Origin: Fimicolochytrium jonesii
Lineage: Eukaryota
Direction: 5' to 3'
Assembly (NCBI RefSeq): GCF_025526975.1
Contig: NW_026515701.1
Coordinates: 186,001-250,000 of the forward strand
DNA: 64,000 bases
The position numbers and the translations under genes are program-made. Every line of letters begins with the position of its first letter. The stretch's first letter is position 1. This document shows, piece by piece, positions 32,204 through 44,100 of the stretch. The notes below the pieces were generated by a model. That model made no database searches and was not told where the DNA came from. It saw nothing but the letters and a program-made list of their open reading frames with translations.

Positions 32204-34251
32204 ATGAACAGTACCAGGAATACATTGCCCCGCGGCCCACTCAAAGACGATCCTGAATCGAAAGACCCAACATCGATGCCCAGTCCCGTTCCAGAGGACC
32301 GTCTACGGTCCTTCAAGGCCCTCATCCAGCCCTGGCAAAAAAAAGTCGCGCCATCTCCCACCACAGCCGATTACGGCGCCGGCGTCGAGGGCGGCTCAAC
32401 CGCGCAACGACCTTCTTCAAGTCGCGGTTCACGGAGCGCATCCGTGCCCAGCCCCGGCGTGAGCAGAGCAACAGTCGAGCGCTCCGTTGCGGCCAAAATC
32501 TACTTTGAGCAGTACTTTGACCGGCTGTACAAATCCGGCCCGACGGCCCGCGCCAAACGAAGACATCAGCTTGAGTCGGAGTTGGCGCAGATGACGTTGA
32601 CGGAGACGGAGAAGAGGAGCGTGCGGCAGGAATGGCTGTCGCGCGAATCGGAGAGGATGCGGCGAACACGGGAGAAAGTCACTGTGAATGATTTTGATGT
32701 TTTGAAAACGCTCGGAAATGGCGCGTTTGGTTTGGTGCGCCTGGTTCGCCATAAGGACTCCAAGGAGGTTTTCGCCATGAAGATTTTGAAGAAATCGGAG
32801 ATGATAAAGCGCGGGCAAGAGTCGCATGTTCGCGCCGAGAGAGACCTTTTGTCGGATGCGGCGGCCGAGTCGGCGGAATGGGTGGTACCGCTCGTATGCA
32901 CGTTTCAGGACACCGACAATCTGTATTTTGTCATGGAGTACATGCCTGGAGGAGATTTGTTGAGCTTGCTCATCAAGTTGGATGTCTTTAATGAGGAGTT
33001 CGCGAAGCACTATGTCGCGGAGATGATTCTTGCAATCGAGGAAGTGCATAAACTGGGGTGAGTTCCGTCTTTCGCTTGGAACGCAATGCTGGACAATCCT
33101 CAATTAGAGAAAATTATCCCAGCGTGATACACCGAGACATCAAACCAGACAACTTCCTCTTCGACGCCTCGGGTCACATCAAAATCACCGACTTTGGCCT
33201 CGCCACCGATTTCCACTGGTCCCACGACTCCTCCTACTACGACGAACAACGCCGCGCAACCATGCAACGCGCCCTCAGCGGAAACGACGGCTCCCCAACC
33301 TCCGACGACCTCGGCAACGCATCCACAGAGGTCCTCGGGTCCCCCGACTCCCCGCCCCTGCAGAGCGTCATCGACTACACGCCCCCGCACACCAAGATCC
33401 TGCAATGGCGCGACCAGAACCGCAAACAGCAGGCTTACAGTGTCGTCGGGACCAACAACTACATGGCCCCCGAGATCCTGCTTGGGACGGGGTACGACAA
33501 AGCATGTGATTGGTGGTCGCTCGGTGTGATTGTGTTTGAGATGCTGTACGGGTTCCCGCCGTTCTGCAGCAAGAACAGGCAGCAGACGAAATTGAAGATT
33601 GTGAACTGGAGGAAATGTCTGCGGTTCCCCGCCCATCCGTCCGTGTCGAGGGAGGCGCAGGATTTTATCATGAAGCTGGTTTGCGATAAGGATACGAGGC
33701 TTGGGTCGGGGACGCCGGCGGGCAACCCGGCGGCACCTGGGTCGTTGTCGTCGCATCCGTCGGCGGCGTCGGGGATCAGCGTCTTTGGTAACATCCACGG
33801 CACGTCGGCAACAAACCAGGGCGGTAACAATCCGCGCTCGTCGGTCGTCAGTTCCGTGACGACCATGACGCCAGGCGCGTCAGTTGAATCAGAGACGGCG
33901 GAGATCAAACGTCATCCGTGGTTCCGAACCATCGACTGGTCGGAACTTTCCACCATAATCCCTCCCTTCGTTCCCAAACTCGCCGGGGACACCGACACGA
34001 CATATTTCGAGAACGTCGAGCCTCCGGAAGACCCCGCGTCGCGGGAGGAGGTTGAGCAGCAGGGCCCGCCGCCGGCGGTGGGTGGTGATGCTTGCGCGGC
34101 GAATGGGGCGGATGCGGAGGATGCGGATATGCTGGATATGAGGAAGCGGTTGGCGTTTGCGGGGTTCACTTACAAGGCCCCGCGGCGGGAGAAGAGTGAT
34201 GGGAGGGCGGGTGTGGGACATCACTCGTTTTCGTCGGGGATTGGGGAGTAA
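32204..34251 (+). CDS. AGC kinase of the NDR/LATS family (intron 33058-33122); possible extra 5' exons from 31776
   Basis: NTR region (AAKIYFEQYF...ESERMRRTR), GNGAFG, HRDIKPDN, DFG followed by a long insert, AYSVVGTNNYMAPE, CDWWSLG and hydrophobic motif FAGFTY. Confidence 0.93.
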
Positions 34252-34676
34252 TCTTTTGGGAAGATTTTGGACAGTTATTTGCTCTTTATTGCTCTGGACA
34301 ATTATAAATGGATTCGAGTACTGCCCGTCTGAAGTTCTGTTTGAAGAGAAGCGCTTGGCTTCTTCCCTTCAACATCAGCGGCTGTCATCAGAACGGGCGC
34401 ATTGCTCATTGCAACGAATGTATGGACCAAGACATGTTGAGAAAGAAAATAAACGCTAATGATTCATGACATGCAAACAAAACCTACAAGAGGTTCAAAC
34501 CCATCCGGCGACCAGGTATGCGCCGTCCATTCTAGATGAAACCCCAGCCCATCCATTGCCATTAGGATAGAGTGGCACAACACAACTGGTCCTTCCTCCT
34601 CGAAGGTGAGGAGGAGTTCCTTGACCATACGGCGACAAAGTAACGTAGTAAAGCACCTTGAAAAGGGCCTTACTCT

Positions 34677-37451
34677 CTACTCCACCTCCGGAACATAAAG
34701 ATTGCTCCCCAACTCGGTCCGTCTCCGCTCCAAGATCTTCTTCTCATCCACTTCATCCATCACGGGTGTCGGCGACAGATCCGACGCCGAGCTCCCCTCC
34801 CAGGCAGCCGACTGCGGATTGGATGTCGTCGAGCTGCCTGTCCCACGGCGCGGTTTCGGCGATTTCACGTCATCCCGGAACCTCACGTGCCCGTTCACAC
34901 TGTCCATCGAGTCGGTCGAGTCCCGCGCGACGTTGATGTGCGGTACAGGCGGGTGTTGCGGGGCTCCGTAGGCCGGGTAAAAGGGTCCGACGGGGATGTG
35001 GTCGGACTTACCGTCGTTGCGGTGGATATCGCGGATCATGAACTCGGTCAGGTCTTCGCCATGGTCGTCGACGCCCGGGTCGGCGAACATTTCGTTGAAC
35101 CAGTCGGCCATGAGGCGGGTGGCTTGGCGGCCTTCGGGGAGAAGGGCGAGCATTTGGAGGATGCCGTGGGAGAGGCCTTCGAGTACTTTTACGCGGATCA
35201 TGGTGTCGGGGTCGCGAGAGAAGATGTGGGTGCGGATGGGGTTGGCTTCGCGGGAGGTGCTGATGCCGTTGGTGTGGGTGCCATTGGAGGTGGCGGGTGG
35301 TGCAGGTTTGGTGCCGTTCACACCGTTCACACCGTTGTGAACGCCGCCTATCCCGTACACCCCATGATTCTCCTCCGCTTCCATGTGCCGCATCATCCGT
35401 TCCCATTCCTTGCGTGCCTTCTGTTTGTTTTCTCGGAGGCGGGCTCCAAACACGACTGTGTCGTCGACGAATGGATCTTTCTCCCCACAGATCAGATATG
35501 TTTTGGGGAACCGTGCTAGGAGATCATCCGGCGCCATGACAGGGCTTAGGTAGTAATCCGATGCCAGATCGACTGGTATTGGCGAGCCTCCCAGGTACAG
35601 AAGAGCCATGGCACGCATCACTACATGAGGAAAGTTACAGTTAGTGAACGAAGCCAAGCATTAGACAGATCCATGAAGTGCTTACTTTCTGGAGAAATGA
35701 TCCTGTCAGTGAAATAGCTGATCCGACTCGTCATACTCAAAGACGTAGGGATAGTGATACCCTGACTCTTAATCTGGCTCGACCAAGGCCTCATCACATC
35801 CTTATACCACGATCTCGACTTCTTGGCCGCCTCATCGTTGAAAACGTCAATCTTCCTGGGCGCATCTTGAGGAGTCAACGGCGAGTTCCTTTTCATGTTG
35901 GACTTGGACTCGGACAAGGACTTGAGTGAGAGGTTGTGGTGGGACTCGGCGCGCATGAGCTTGACTTGTTCTGAGGGCATCCAGCATGACATGTCGAAGG
36001 AGAGACATGGGTATGCGAGGATGAGCCCGTTCGGTGGGGGGATGTGCATTTCGTAGGTCTCCAGGCATCGCATTGTAATTCCAACAGCTAGATTACCACC
36101 ACTAGAACAGCGAGGCATTAGTTATCGGGTGGTCACCCGGACATGAAGCATAGTCATGGATACATACGCTGAGTCACCGGCGACGACGATCTTCAGAGGT
36201 GCCCTAGCCACGCGCTGGCCGCTGGAATCCGTCTGCCAATGTCCCTGCATGCCGAGCACGGCTCCATTGCTCTCCACAATACTCCTGTAAGCGTCAAAGC
36301 ACTCCTCCAAGCCGAACGGATAAGGAAACTCGGGCGCTTTGCCGTAATCAAGACTGACGATGGGAACGCGGAGCGATTTGGCCCATTGCGAGACGTAATC
36401 GTCATGGCATATCGGACTCATTGCCATGAAGCCACCGCCAGGGATCATCAGGATGAGTTCCTTTGCACGAACAAAGTCGCGTTCGGTTCCCGCAAAGTAG
36501 AGTCGAGCAGAAATGGGCTTGCTTGCCATCTCTTCCGGGAAAGAGCTCAGAGATGCTGGTGACGGACGTGGAATCGTGATGTTCTTGCGAACGCGAAGTT
36601 TGGGACGGTGCATGGCGCCCGCCAGGTAGATGTATGGGTTCAAGGACTTGTTCCATGACACTCGCAGAATGTCGACGGTAGGGTGAGCGCGGAACTTTCG
36701 GACCTAAAAGAATGGTTGCAACGTCGCGTCCTGTTAGAGATGGACGCTCGACGCTTGATCGGCTTACGGTGCATCCCCAAGGTGTTACCTTTTCGTCCGC
36801 GGTATCCGGAAAGCAAAGGTAGAACAGAGAAAAGACGATAGACAAAATGTCTCGCAGCCATTTCGGCTTGATGTTCATGGCAGTCATGAATCCTGCATCG
36901 AGACTCGTAAGAATGTACGATGATCTATAGAAGTTCTTGGTATACTGCTCGACAAAAGGCGGGGGGTGCCATTAATGATGCGGAACCAGCCCACCAAAGT
37001 AGGATAGCTCATGGGAGCCTCCACATACCATTTTCGCTAACGGTTCTGGTGCATTCCATCCCAGAAGCAAGAGAAGGTTCTTTGCGACCCACCCAGCGGT
37101 CAAGGTTCCTACAGCAACTTTCCATGGTTGTGTTGCGCCTTTATTGCAAGACACGTGAGTGTTTTCTGCAGTCAGGGTAGGGCAATGCACAGTGCCTACA
37201 CATACCGAACTTGGAGTTGAACCATCTAGCGAGAAGCGCTGCCTTTCCATTGCCACTTGTAAGCCATGCGGCGTCGCCTTTCAAGAACCGGTGACTAAGA
37301 GTTGCGCGCAAGATGACCACGTTCAGTAACAGCGCTGGGCACTGCCTCGTTCATGGAGCACAGGGCCGTTCACTCACATGAGAAGCACGACGACCAGGAT
37401 CTGCACCCGCTTTATATTGGCCGAGGGCCGACCCAGTGCGTGGTCCAACAT
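34677..37451 (-). CDS. Hormone-sensitive-lipase-like alpha/beta hydrolase, multi-exon
   Basis: N-terminus MLDHALGRPS typical of the fungal HSL-like family; IPGGGF oxyanion motif, GDSAGGNL (intron-split), GEKDPFVDD, GLSHG. Confidence 0.88.
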
Positions 37452-38493
37452 TCCACGCGGGACTCTATCAGCGATAAACTGCCTGGGAGAGCACCAAGTT
37501 CACCAAGGAAAAAAATATCGTGAAAGGACGCCTTTGGCCAGCGACAGCTACCGCTAATGCTATTAGTATATGAGTTTTCTGGCGGTTGCGCTGAGCCCTT
37601 TCCCTTTGCCCATGGTGGGGGTTTGGCAATGCAGGGGCTGTTCTTATGTTTGCCGCGGCGGCTGCTCTCAACGCGTGAAAGTCCCAAAGCCATGACACTT
37701 CTGGCATGTGATCCGTGCCACCACTACGACGTATGGAATATGAAATGAATCGTAATAAAACCCCACATTCAATCATCGTCGACTCCCCGGCAGAAAGGGG
37801 AAGCGACACCCCAAGAATGCGGACTTGTGGGACGTCCGCCGCACATGTGGACATGGATCTGTCGGCCGCTCTCATCCGAGACTCACTGCCAGAGTGTGCA
37901 ATTTCCAGAACGCTCATAAGGGTGAGGTACGGGCTTCCTCGCACGCCTCCATTTTGTCGGAGTTCCTTTGAATCCTCCTCCGAGACCGAACACTTTGATA
38001 GTCCCACGCCGCCTATTGAACATCGGGAGGGGTAGGTCAGATATTGATTCACCCATTCGAGCAATCATATGTACAGTACATCGAACGGCAACGTTACTCT
38101 ACCGCCGCACGGATGCCATCGGATCGTTCGCCGAAAGCCTGATTTATCGAAACGGCAAGCGATGTCAACAAACCGGGCTTTGGCAAGCAAGTCCCTATGA
38201 CATGTTGGAGTTCCCGTGCGGGCTTGTTGCAGCATCGAAAGAGGCCTAGCGGTTCTCCACCGAGTTGAATGAAGCTACGTAAGAATCGTCGTAGATTATA
38301 CATAGATGATGCTCCCCGGGGAAAACGGGGAAAACGCGTCTGGCGCGGGTGACAGGTCAGATCTGGTCAGATGGTTGTCACTCCATCCTCCCAGCCGGCT
38401 TTCGAGTCAAAAAGGTGGTGCTGCAGAGCAAACTTCCATCGACATTCATCGTCGTCTCAATATCCCCTCACTACGAAACCAGCGCAACGATAG

Positions 38494-40525
38494 ATGCTCG
38501 GAGAGATGAAGAACGCACCAGAGTATCTGCAAGGGTTTGGAAACTCCCACGCCTCCGAGGCCCTTCCCGGCGCTTTGCCCGTAGGTGAGACCATCGACAT
38601 GGACCTTTTGGAAACCAGCATAATATGCCACTTTCTCATACCTCTCGCCACTTCATCTTGCAGGCCAGAACAACCCCCAAAGAGCACCATACGGGCTGTT
38701 CGCTGAGCAACTGTCTGGGACAGCCTTCACGGCTCCGCGCGCCGAGAACCAGAGGAGGTAAGCCAACGAATGCACATGGCTGTCCTCATCATAGCTCCAC
38801 CACGCTAACTATCCGCAAACAGCTGGCTGTACCGCATTCGGCCTTCCGTCTGTCACACACCCTTCGAGGCAGCGTCCTCCCCCACCCTTGTCCGCTCATT
38901 CACCGCCGGTTCCCCAGAATGTCAGTCAACACCGAACCAGTTGCGGTGGTCTCCCTTTGAGTTGCCCAAACATGGAGGCGTAGACTTTGTGCACGGTTTG
39001 CACACCGTCTGCGGAGCTGGCGACCCTAGTCTGCGTGATGGACTGGCGATTCATGTCTACCTCTGCAATGCGGATATGGACAGCTCGGCGTTCTACAACT
39101 CTGACGGGGAGTTCTTAATCGGTATGCCATCCGTAAACAGGTGCATTCTCGCAGTATGAGCATTCTCTCAATGATCTCTTCGCTAGTCCCGCAGCAGGGT
39201 CGCCTGGACATCCAGACCGAATTTGGCCGACTAGTGGTAGAGCCTAATGAGATTGCCGTGATTCCACGAGGGTAGGAGACTGCACTTTGTTCTTGATGGC
39301 ACCAACATCATCATCATTGCTCACGGCGGCCTTTTAGAATCCGATATGCCGTGAGGTTCCCGGACGGTCCTTCACGAGGATATATCCTCGAGGTGTTCAA
39401 CCGTCACTTTGAGCTTCCTGACCTCGGTCCTATTGGTGAGTTCCAATGTCATCGTGCAGCTCAGGCACCTCGGATCTAACAGTCCTACTCAGGTGCCAAC
39501 GGATTGGCGAATGCCAGGGACTTCCTGTACCCAACTGCCGCCTACGAAGATATTGAGAACAAGACATATACCATCATCAACAAATTCCAAGGACAGCTTT
39601 TCGCTCTGCAGCAGACCCACTCGCCGTTTGACATCGTTGCATGGTATGTTTTGAGCGCCGCTTGTCGAAGGCGGTCGCACAGTGCTAATGAATCCGATTA
39701 GGCACGGGAACTACGCTCCATACAAGTATGACCTGCGCAAGTTCAATACCATCAACACCGTCTCATTCGATCATCCGGTAGGTTGTTGGTCAAGTACCTC
39801 AAGTCGCCCTTACAGTAGCGTTGCTCATAGCATCAACCTTCTAGGACCCATCTATCTTCACAGTCCTGACTTGCAAATCCAGCACTCCTGGAGTCGCAAT
39901 CGCTGACTTTGTCATTTTCCCACCACGGTGGATGGTAGCTGAGCACACGTTCAGGTAGGATTTCTCTCATTTTGACTTGGTCTGGATTGGGGTCGGAGCA
40001 CTGAAGTCTCCCTTGTTATCAGGCCGCCCTACTACCACCGCAACTGGTAAGCTTGCAAAGACAGACCACAGTTGGATCCCAAGGTTAAGCGTTCTCTCCT
40101 TGCAGCATGTCTGAGTTCATGGGTTTGATCTCGGGAGGCTATGATGCCAAAGCCGAAGGCTTCCTCCCTGGTGGAGCGTCTTTGCACAGGTATGCCACCT
40201 GACCACTTTGTCAAGCTGATCGGAAACGATATCTGACTTCCTTTCATCCACACTCAGCACGATGAGCTCACACGGTCCGGACAACGCCACCTTCGAAAAG
40301 GCATCTACGGAAGAACTGAAGCCCGTCAAACTACGCCCGGACGGTCTGGCCTTCATGTTTGAGTCCTGCTACATGCTCTCGCTATCCAACTGGGCTCTGC
40401 GTCCTGACCAAGCGGGTGGGAAGGTGCTACAGGCCAAGTACTATGAGTGCTGGATAGGCCTGAAGAAGCGGTTTGACCCGAAGAATACGGAGGGAACTTG
40501 GGGTCAGGAGAAGGTTAGTGCTTAG
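38494..40525 (+). CDS. hmgA: Homogentisate 1,2-dioxygenase, many exons
   Basis: [108 protein letters not shown]. Confidence 0.97.
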
Positions 40526-41109
40526 GCGTAGAAGCAGAGCGTAACGTAGGCGCGTAGTCGACGACGAACTGTCGTCGATGAGAGGCATGCTCCCACGGTG
40601 TGCTTATCAATGTATAAAGATTAGGCAAATTGGCCCCCCTCACTCATTACTGTAACATGATGTTCTTCAAACTCATATGCTATCCTCCTAACCGATGGAT
40701 CGCCTGCGGACATGCATAGAGTGCATGTCATGTATGTGCTGAAGGAGTGTGAGAACAGCGCCAGCTGCCAAATGTCCGGAACGCGGAGGATGGACATGAT
40801 GTGTCACGCAATGCCCCCTGCTTTGACCGCGCTTTGCTGTCCACAGTCATCCCTCAACTTTCCCGCATCTGCCAAACCAGACCTCGTTTCAGCCCGCATT
40901 CCCACCCGCAGCACAGCAAACCCATGACCCTCCCTCAACTCCACCTCTAGAAATAGTGATACAGAGTCGCTCAGAGAGTCGGGGAATCGCCGTCAGTCCA
41001 TTTTGCGAAGTAGAGAGAGACCGGGGGTTCGGGCCCACACGACGACGAGACGACGACGACGACGACTTTCTTTTTCCTGTCGAAAAACCCTCCCCCCTAG
41101 TTTCTCCAT

Positions 41110-44100
41110 ATGTCCTCTTCTCAATCTTCTGGAAACCCCCACCCCATCCCCCAGCAAAGTCGTGTCAAGCAGGTCGAAAACGAGAAGGTAGCTGTACAGC
41201 CGCAACGCAGGTATGTTGGGGGGATCTTGAGGGGTGGGAAACTGGTGTTGGAACTAGGGGTAGGAGCTCAGGTTCTAGCGGAGGAACTATGTTCAACATC
41301 GTTCTACTTGCTTCTCTACCAGGTCCCGGCGCTTGTCAGCTAAAGCGTCAACGGAAACCGACTTAGCACCCACTACCGAGTCATCAGCACCATCGTCCAG
41401 AGCTACCGCACGAGACGCGGAGAAGAGCATTCCTGCAAAGCGCCAAGCCGAATCGACAGCGTCTGCTCCTGCAAAACGGTATGTATCTGCTACAGATTTT
41501 CGGATAATCCCTTGGCGAAAGGTTGCAGTCTCAACGCTCTGCACGTCTCTAGCGCCACCACCAAGGCAATCGCTACCAGTTCTGGGCAGACGACTGCCAG
41601 TTCGAGAGGAAGAAAACGTCAGAGGCCCGCGAGCCCTGTCAAACCCGAAAGTCCGGAGGCAGCAGAGAAAGCTAGACCTGGAAAGAAAAGGAGACAAGCG
41701 GCAGTAGCAGCAGCCGAGGGCATCACCAACATCGCGAACAGCGGCAGGCGAGCATCTAGTACTGCAAGTGCGAAGGCTCACGTCGAAATGGGGAAGGACA
41801 AAGGAAAGGGCAAGGCCAAAGCAAAAGAAGGCGAGGCTGTGGACGGGGATGCTTTGCCAGAGGCCTCAACTAGCAAAGCCACTTCCAAGAAAGGAGAAAG
41901 TGGACCAAAGGAGAAGGCAAAGGGGAGGAAGGGCAAGAGCGCCAATGAAGGTTCCTCAAGCCTGCCACCTCCTGCGCCCCGTAGTTCAGGCGAGGGCTCT
42001 GGAGACACCAAGACAAAGTCGAAAAAGCGAGCCAACAAACAGTCGAAGCAAGCAGCCCGTCAAGGAGGATCTTCCAATCCCTATGATGATTCCTACGATG
42101 AGGACAACTCGGACGAAGAGTACGCCGCAGAGGCTTTGGCGGCGACAGCGGCTAGCCGGACTATGGAAGCCACCTACACGCTTGGTGGCGGGTTTGGGTC
42201 TTCATTTGGAATGGCAAACCGCTTCTCGGAAATGCTCAAGCAATTGAAGCAGAAGGGTGATCCTACAATGCAGCTGGTCGCGTTGCAGGAGCTGTCGGAG
42301 ATATTGGTCATGGCAACTGGTACGTACACATACCATGCAGAAGGTGTTTCAACTGGTGTCTGCACGCTCACCTCACTTTGGGTTTTCAGAGGACATGTTC
42401 ATAGGCCATGGCGGACAGCGGATGGCCGGCTTCGACACCAACGAATTCGTCAAGGCACTGGTTGACGTGTTGCGCGGCGGAGACGGTGGTGGAAATAACT
42501 TCGAAGAGGATATCCCGCTTGAGATGTTGCAAGAGATGGGGATGAGTGCCGCAGAACTCGGATTCGGTGGAGGAGGCGGGATGGCCAATCCCGAGCTGAT
42601 CTTACTGGCTTGTCGCTGTCTGTCCAACCTGATCGAGGCACATCCATCGAGTACCGGTCATGTGCTGCAACACGGCGCTGTAGACGTATTGGTTGGGAAG
42701 CTCATGGAGGTGGAATATATCGATCTTGCGGAACAAGTTCTTGCTGTTCTCAATAAGATCAGTGTAGACTATCCTTCAGCAATCGTCCGTGCGAATGGGC
42801 TGTTGGCCGTCCTTCAGTATATCGACTTTTTTGGACTGCACGTGCAGCGGACGGCAGTGACCATCGCTGCAAATGCTTGCCAGGGACTTGGTTCAGTCTC
42901 AGCAGGGCTTCGACGGTTTGGAAGTCTGGAGACTTCTCTCACATCAGGTAAGGGAGCTTGTGTCTTTGTGAGCACTGTGTGATTGCATTTACGAATAAGA
43001 CCCACAGGAAGCGATGCTGATCCTTCGGACGATGTCTTCAACAAGGTGAAAGATGTCGTTCCCATCCTCGAACGCCTGCTGTCATACGCCGATAGCAAGC
43101 TAGTGGAGCAAACCGTTCGGGCTCTGGACAGGATCATCGAATGGTGCTGGAAGTCGGAAGAGAAACTCGAAGCTATCGTAACTCCATCTCTACTGCAAAG
43201 CATTATCACTATCATCACCCCAAGCGGTACAACCTCAGCAAACGGCGGATTACCGGCCATCACACCTGTCTTCACCAAACTGACCAAGGTTCTGGTCAAT
43301 ATCGCCAAAGGATCTCCCAAGTTCGGAACGGCCCTCCTTGTCGAGTACGGCTTGATCGACTTGATCCAGAACTTCATGACCGGTGGTGTTTCTACTGGTG
43401 ACGTGCAGCAAGACCGCTCCCTCGCAACGGAGACTGTCTCTGCCTCCATAACGATGGTTGTCGTTTCTCGTCCTGCGGATCAAGTTCTGGAAGTCCTGAG
43501 ATTGGCTTCAGCGGTGTTGCCGACATTACCAGCCGAAGGTCTTTGGGATATCCGGAGTCTTCCTGACGCTGCGCCCGGCAGCCCGAAGAAAGCTGGTCTC
43601 TTCGCGCGACCAAGGAGCAAGAGCCCGGAGAAGTCACCCACTGTTTCCGATCCGATGGATGTTGACCATTCGGATGATGCCGGGTCCGCGTCTCGAATGT
43701 CAATTGACTCAGCTTCTACAGACCACAGCAAAACCGGTGCAGCATCCTCAGCAAGCCATTTGTTCACCGATGTTTCAGAGAGACGCCTGAAGTTGCTTGG
43801 CGCAAACCCGGACGCCATGAGGAAGTACGTGACTGTTTTGCTGCCTACGTTCATCGAAGTGTTCGGAGTCACCGTCAATCCGAATACGCGTCGAGCGGCG
43901 GTCGAGTGCGTGGCCAAAGGCATCTGGTACACGGACGATCCTAATCACTTGGGCGATACTCTTGGCGATAATCAGATGTTTGGAAAGTTTGTCCCGGAAC
44001 TCTTGAGTCTGCGACAAATCGTATTCGAGAAGGATACGCCTGAGAAGGAGCGACTCGAAGCGATGGTTCTCGTCGCCAGCGGGTTGCAAATTGCGTCGAC

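Noticed and set aside
38494..40525. Tyrosine-catabolism gene cluster around hmgA
   Set aside because: Neighbours are a lipase and UFD4; no fahA, maiA or hppD in the window.
40558..40578. Hairpin TCGACGAC-gaact-GTCGTCGA after hmgA as a terminator
   Set aside because: Single 8-bp stem with no U-tract in a eukaryotic 3' UTR; compatible with chance.
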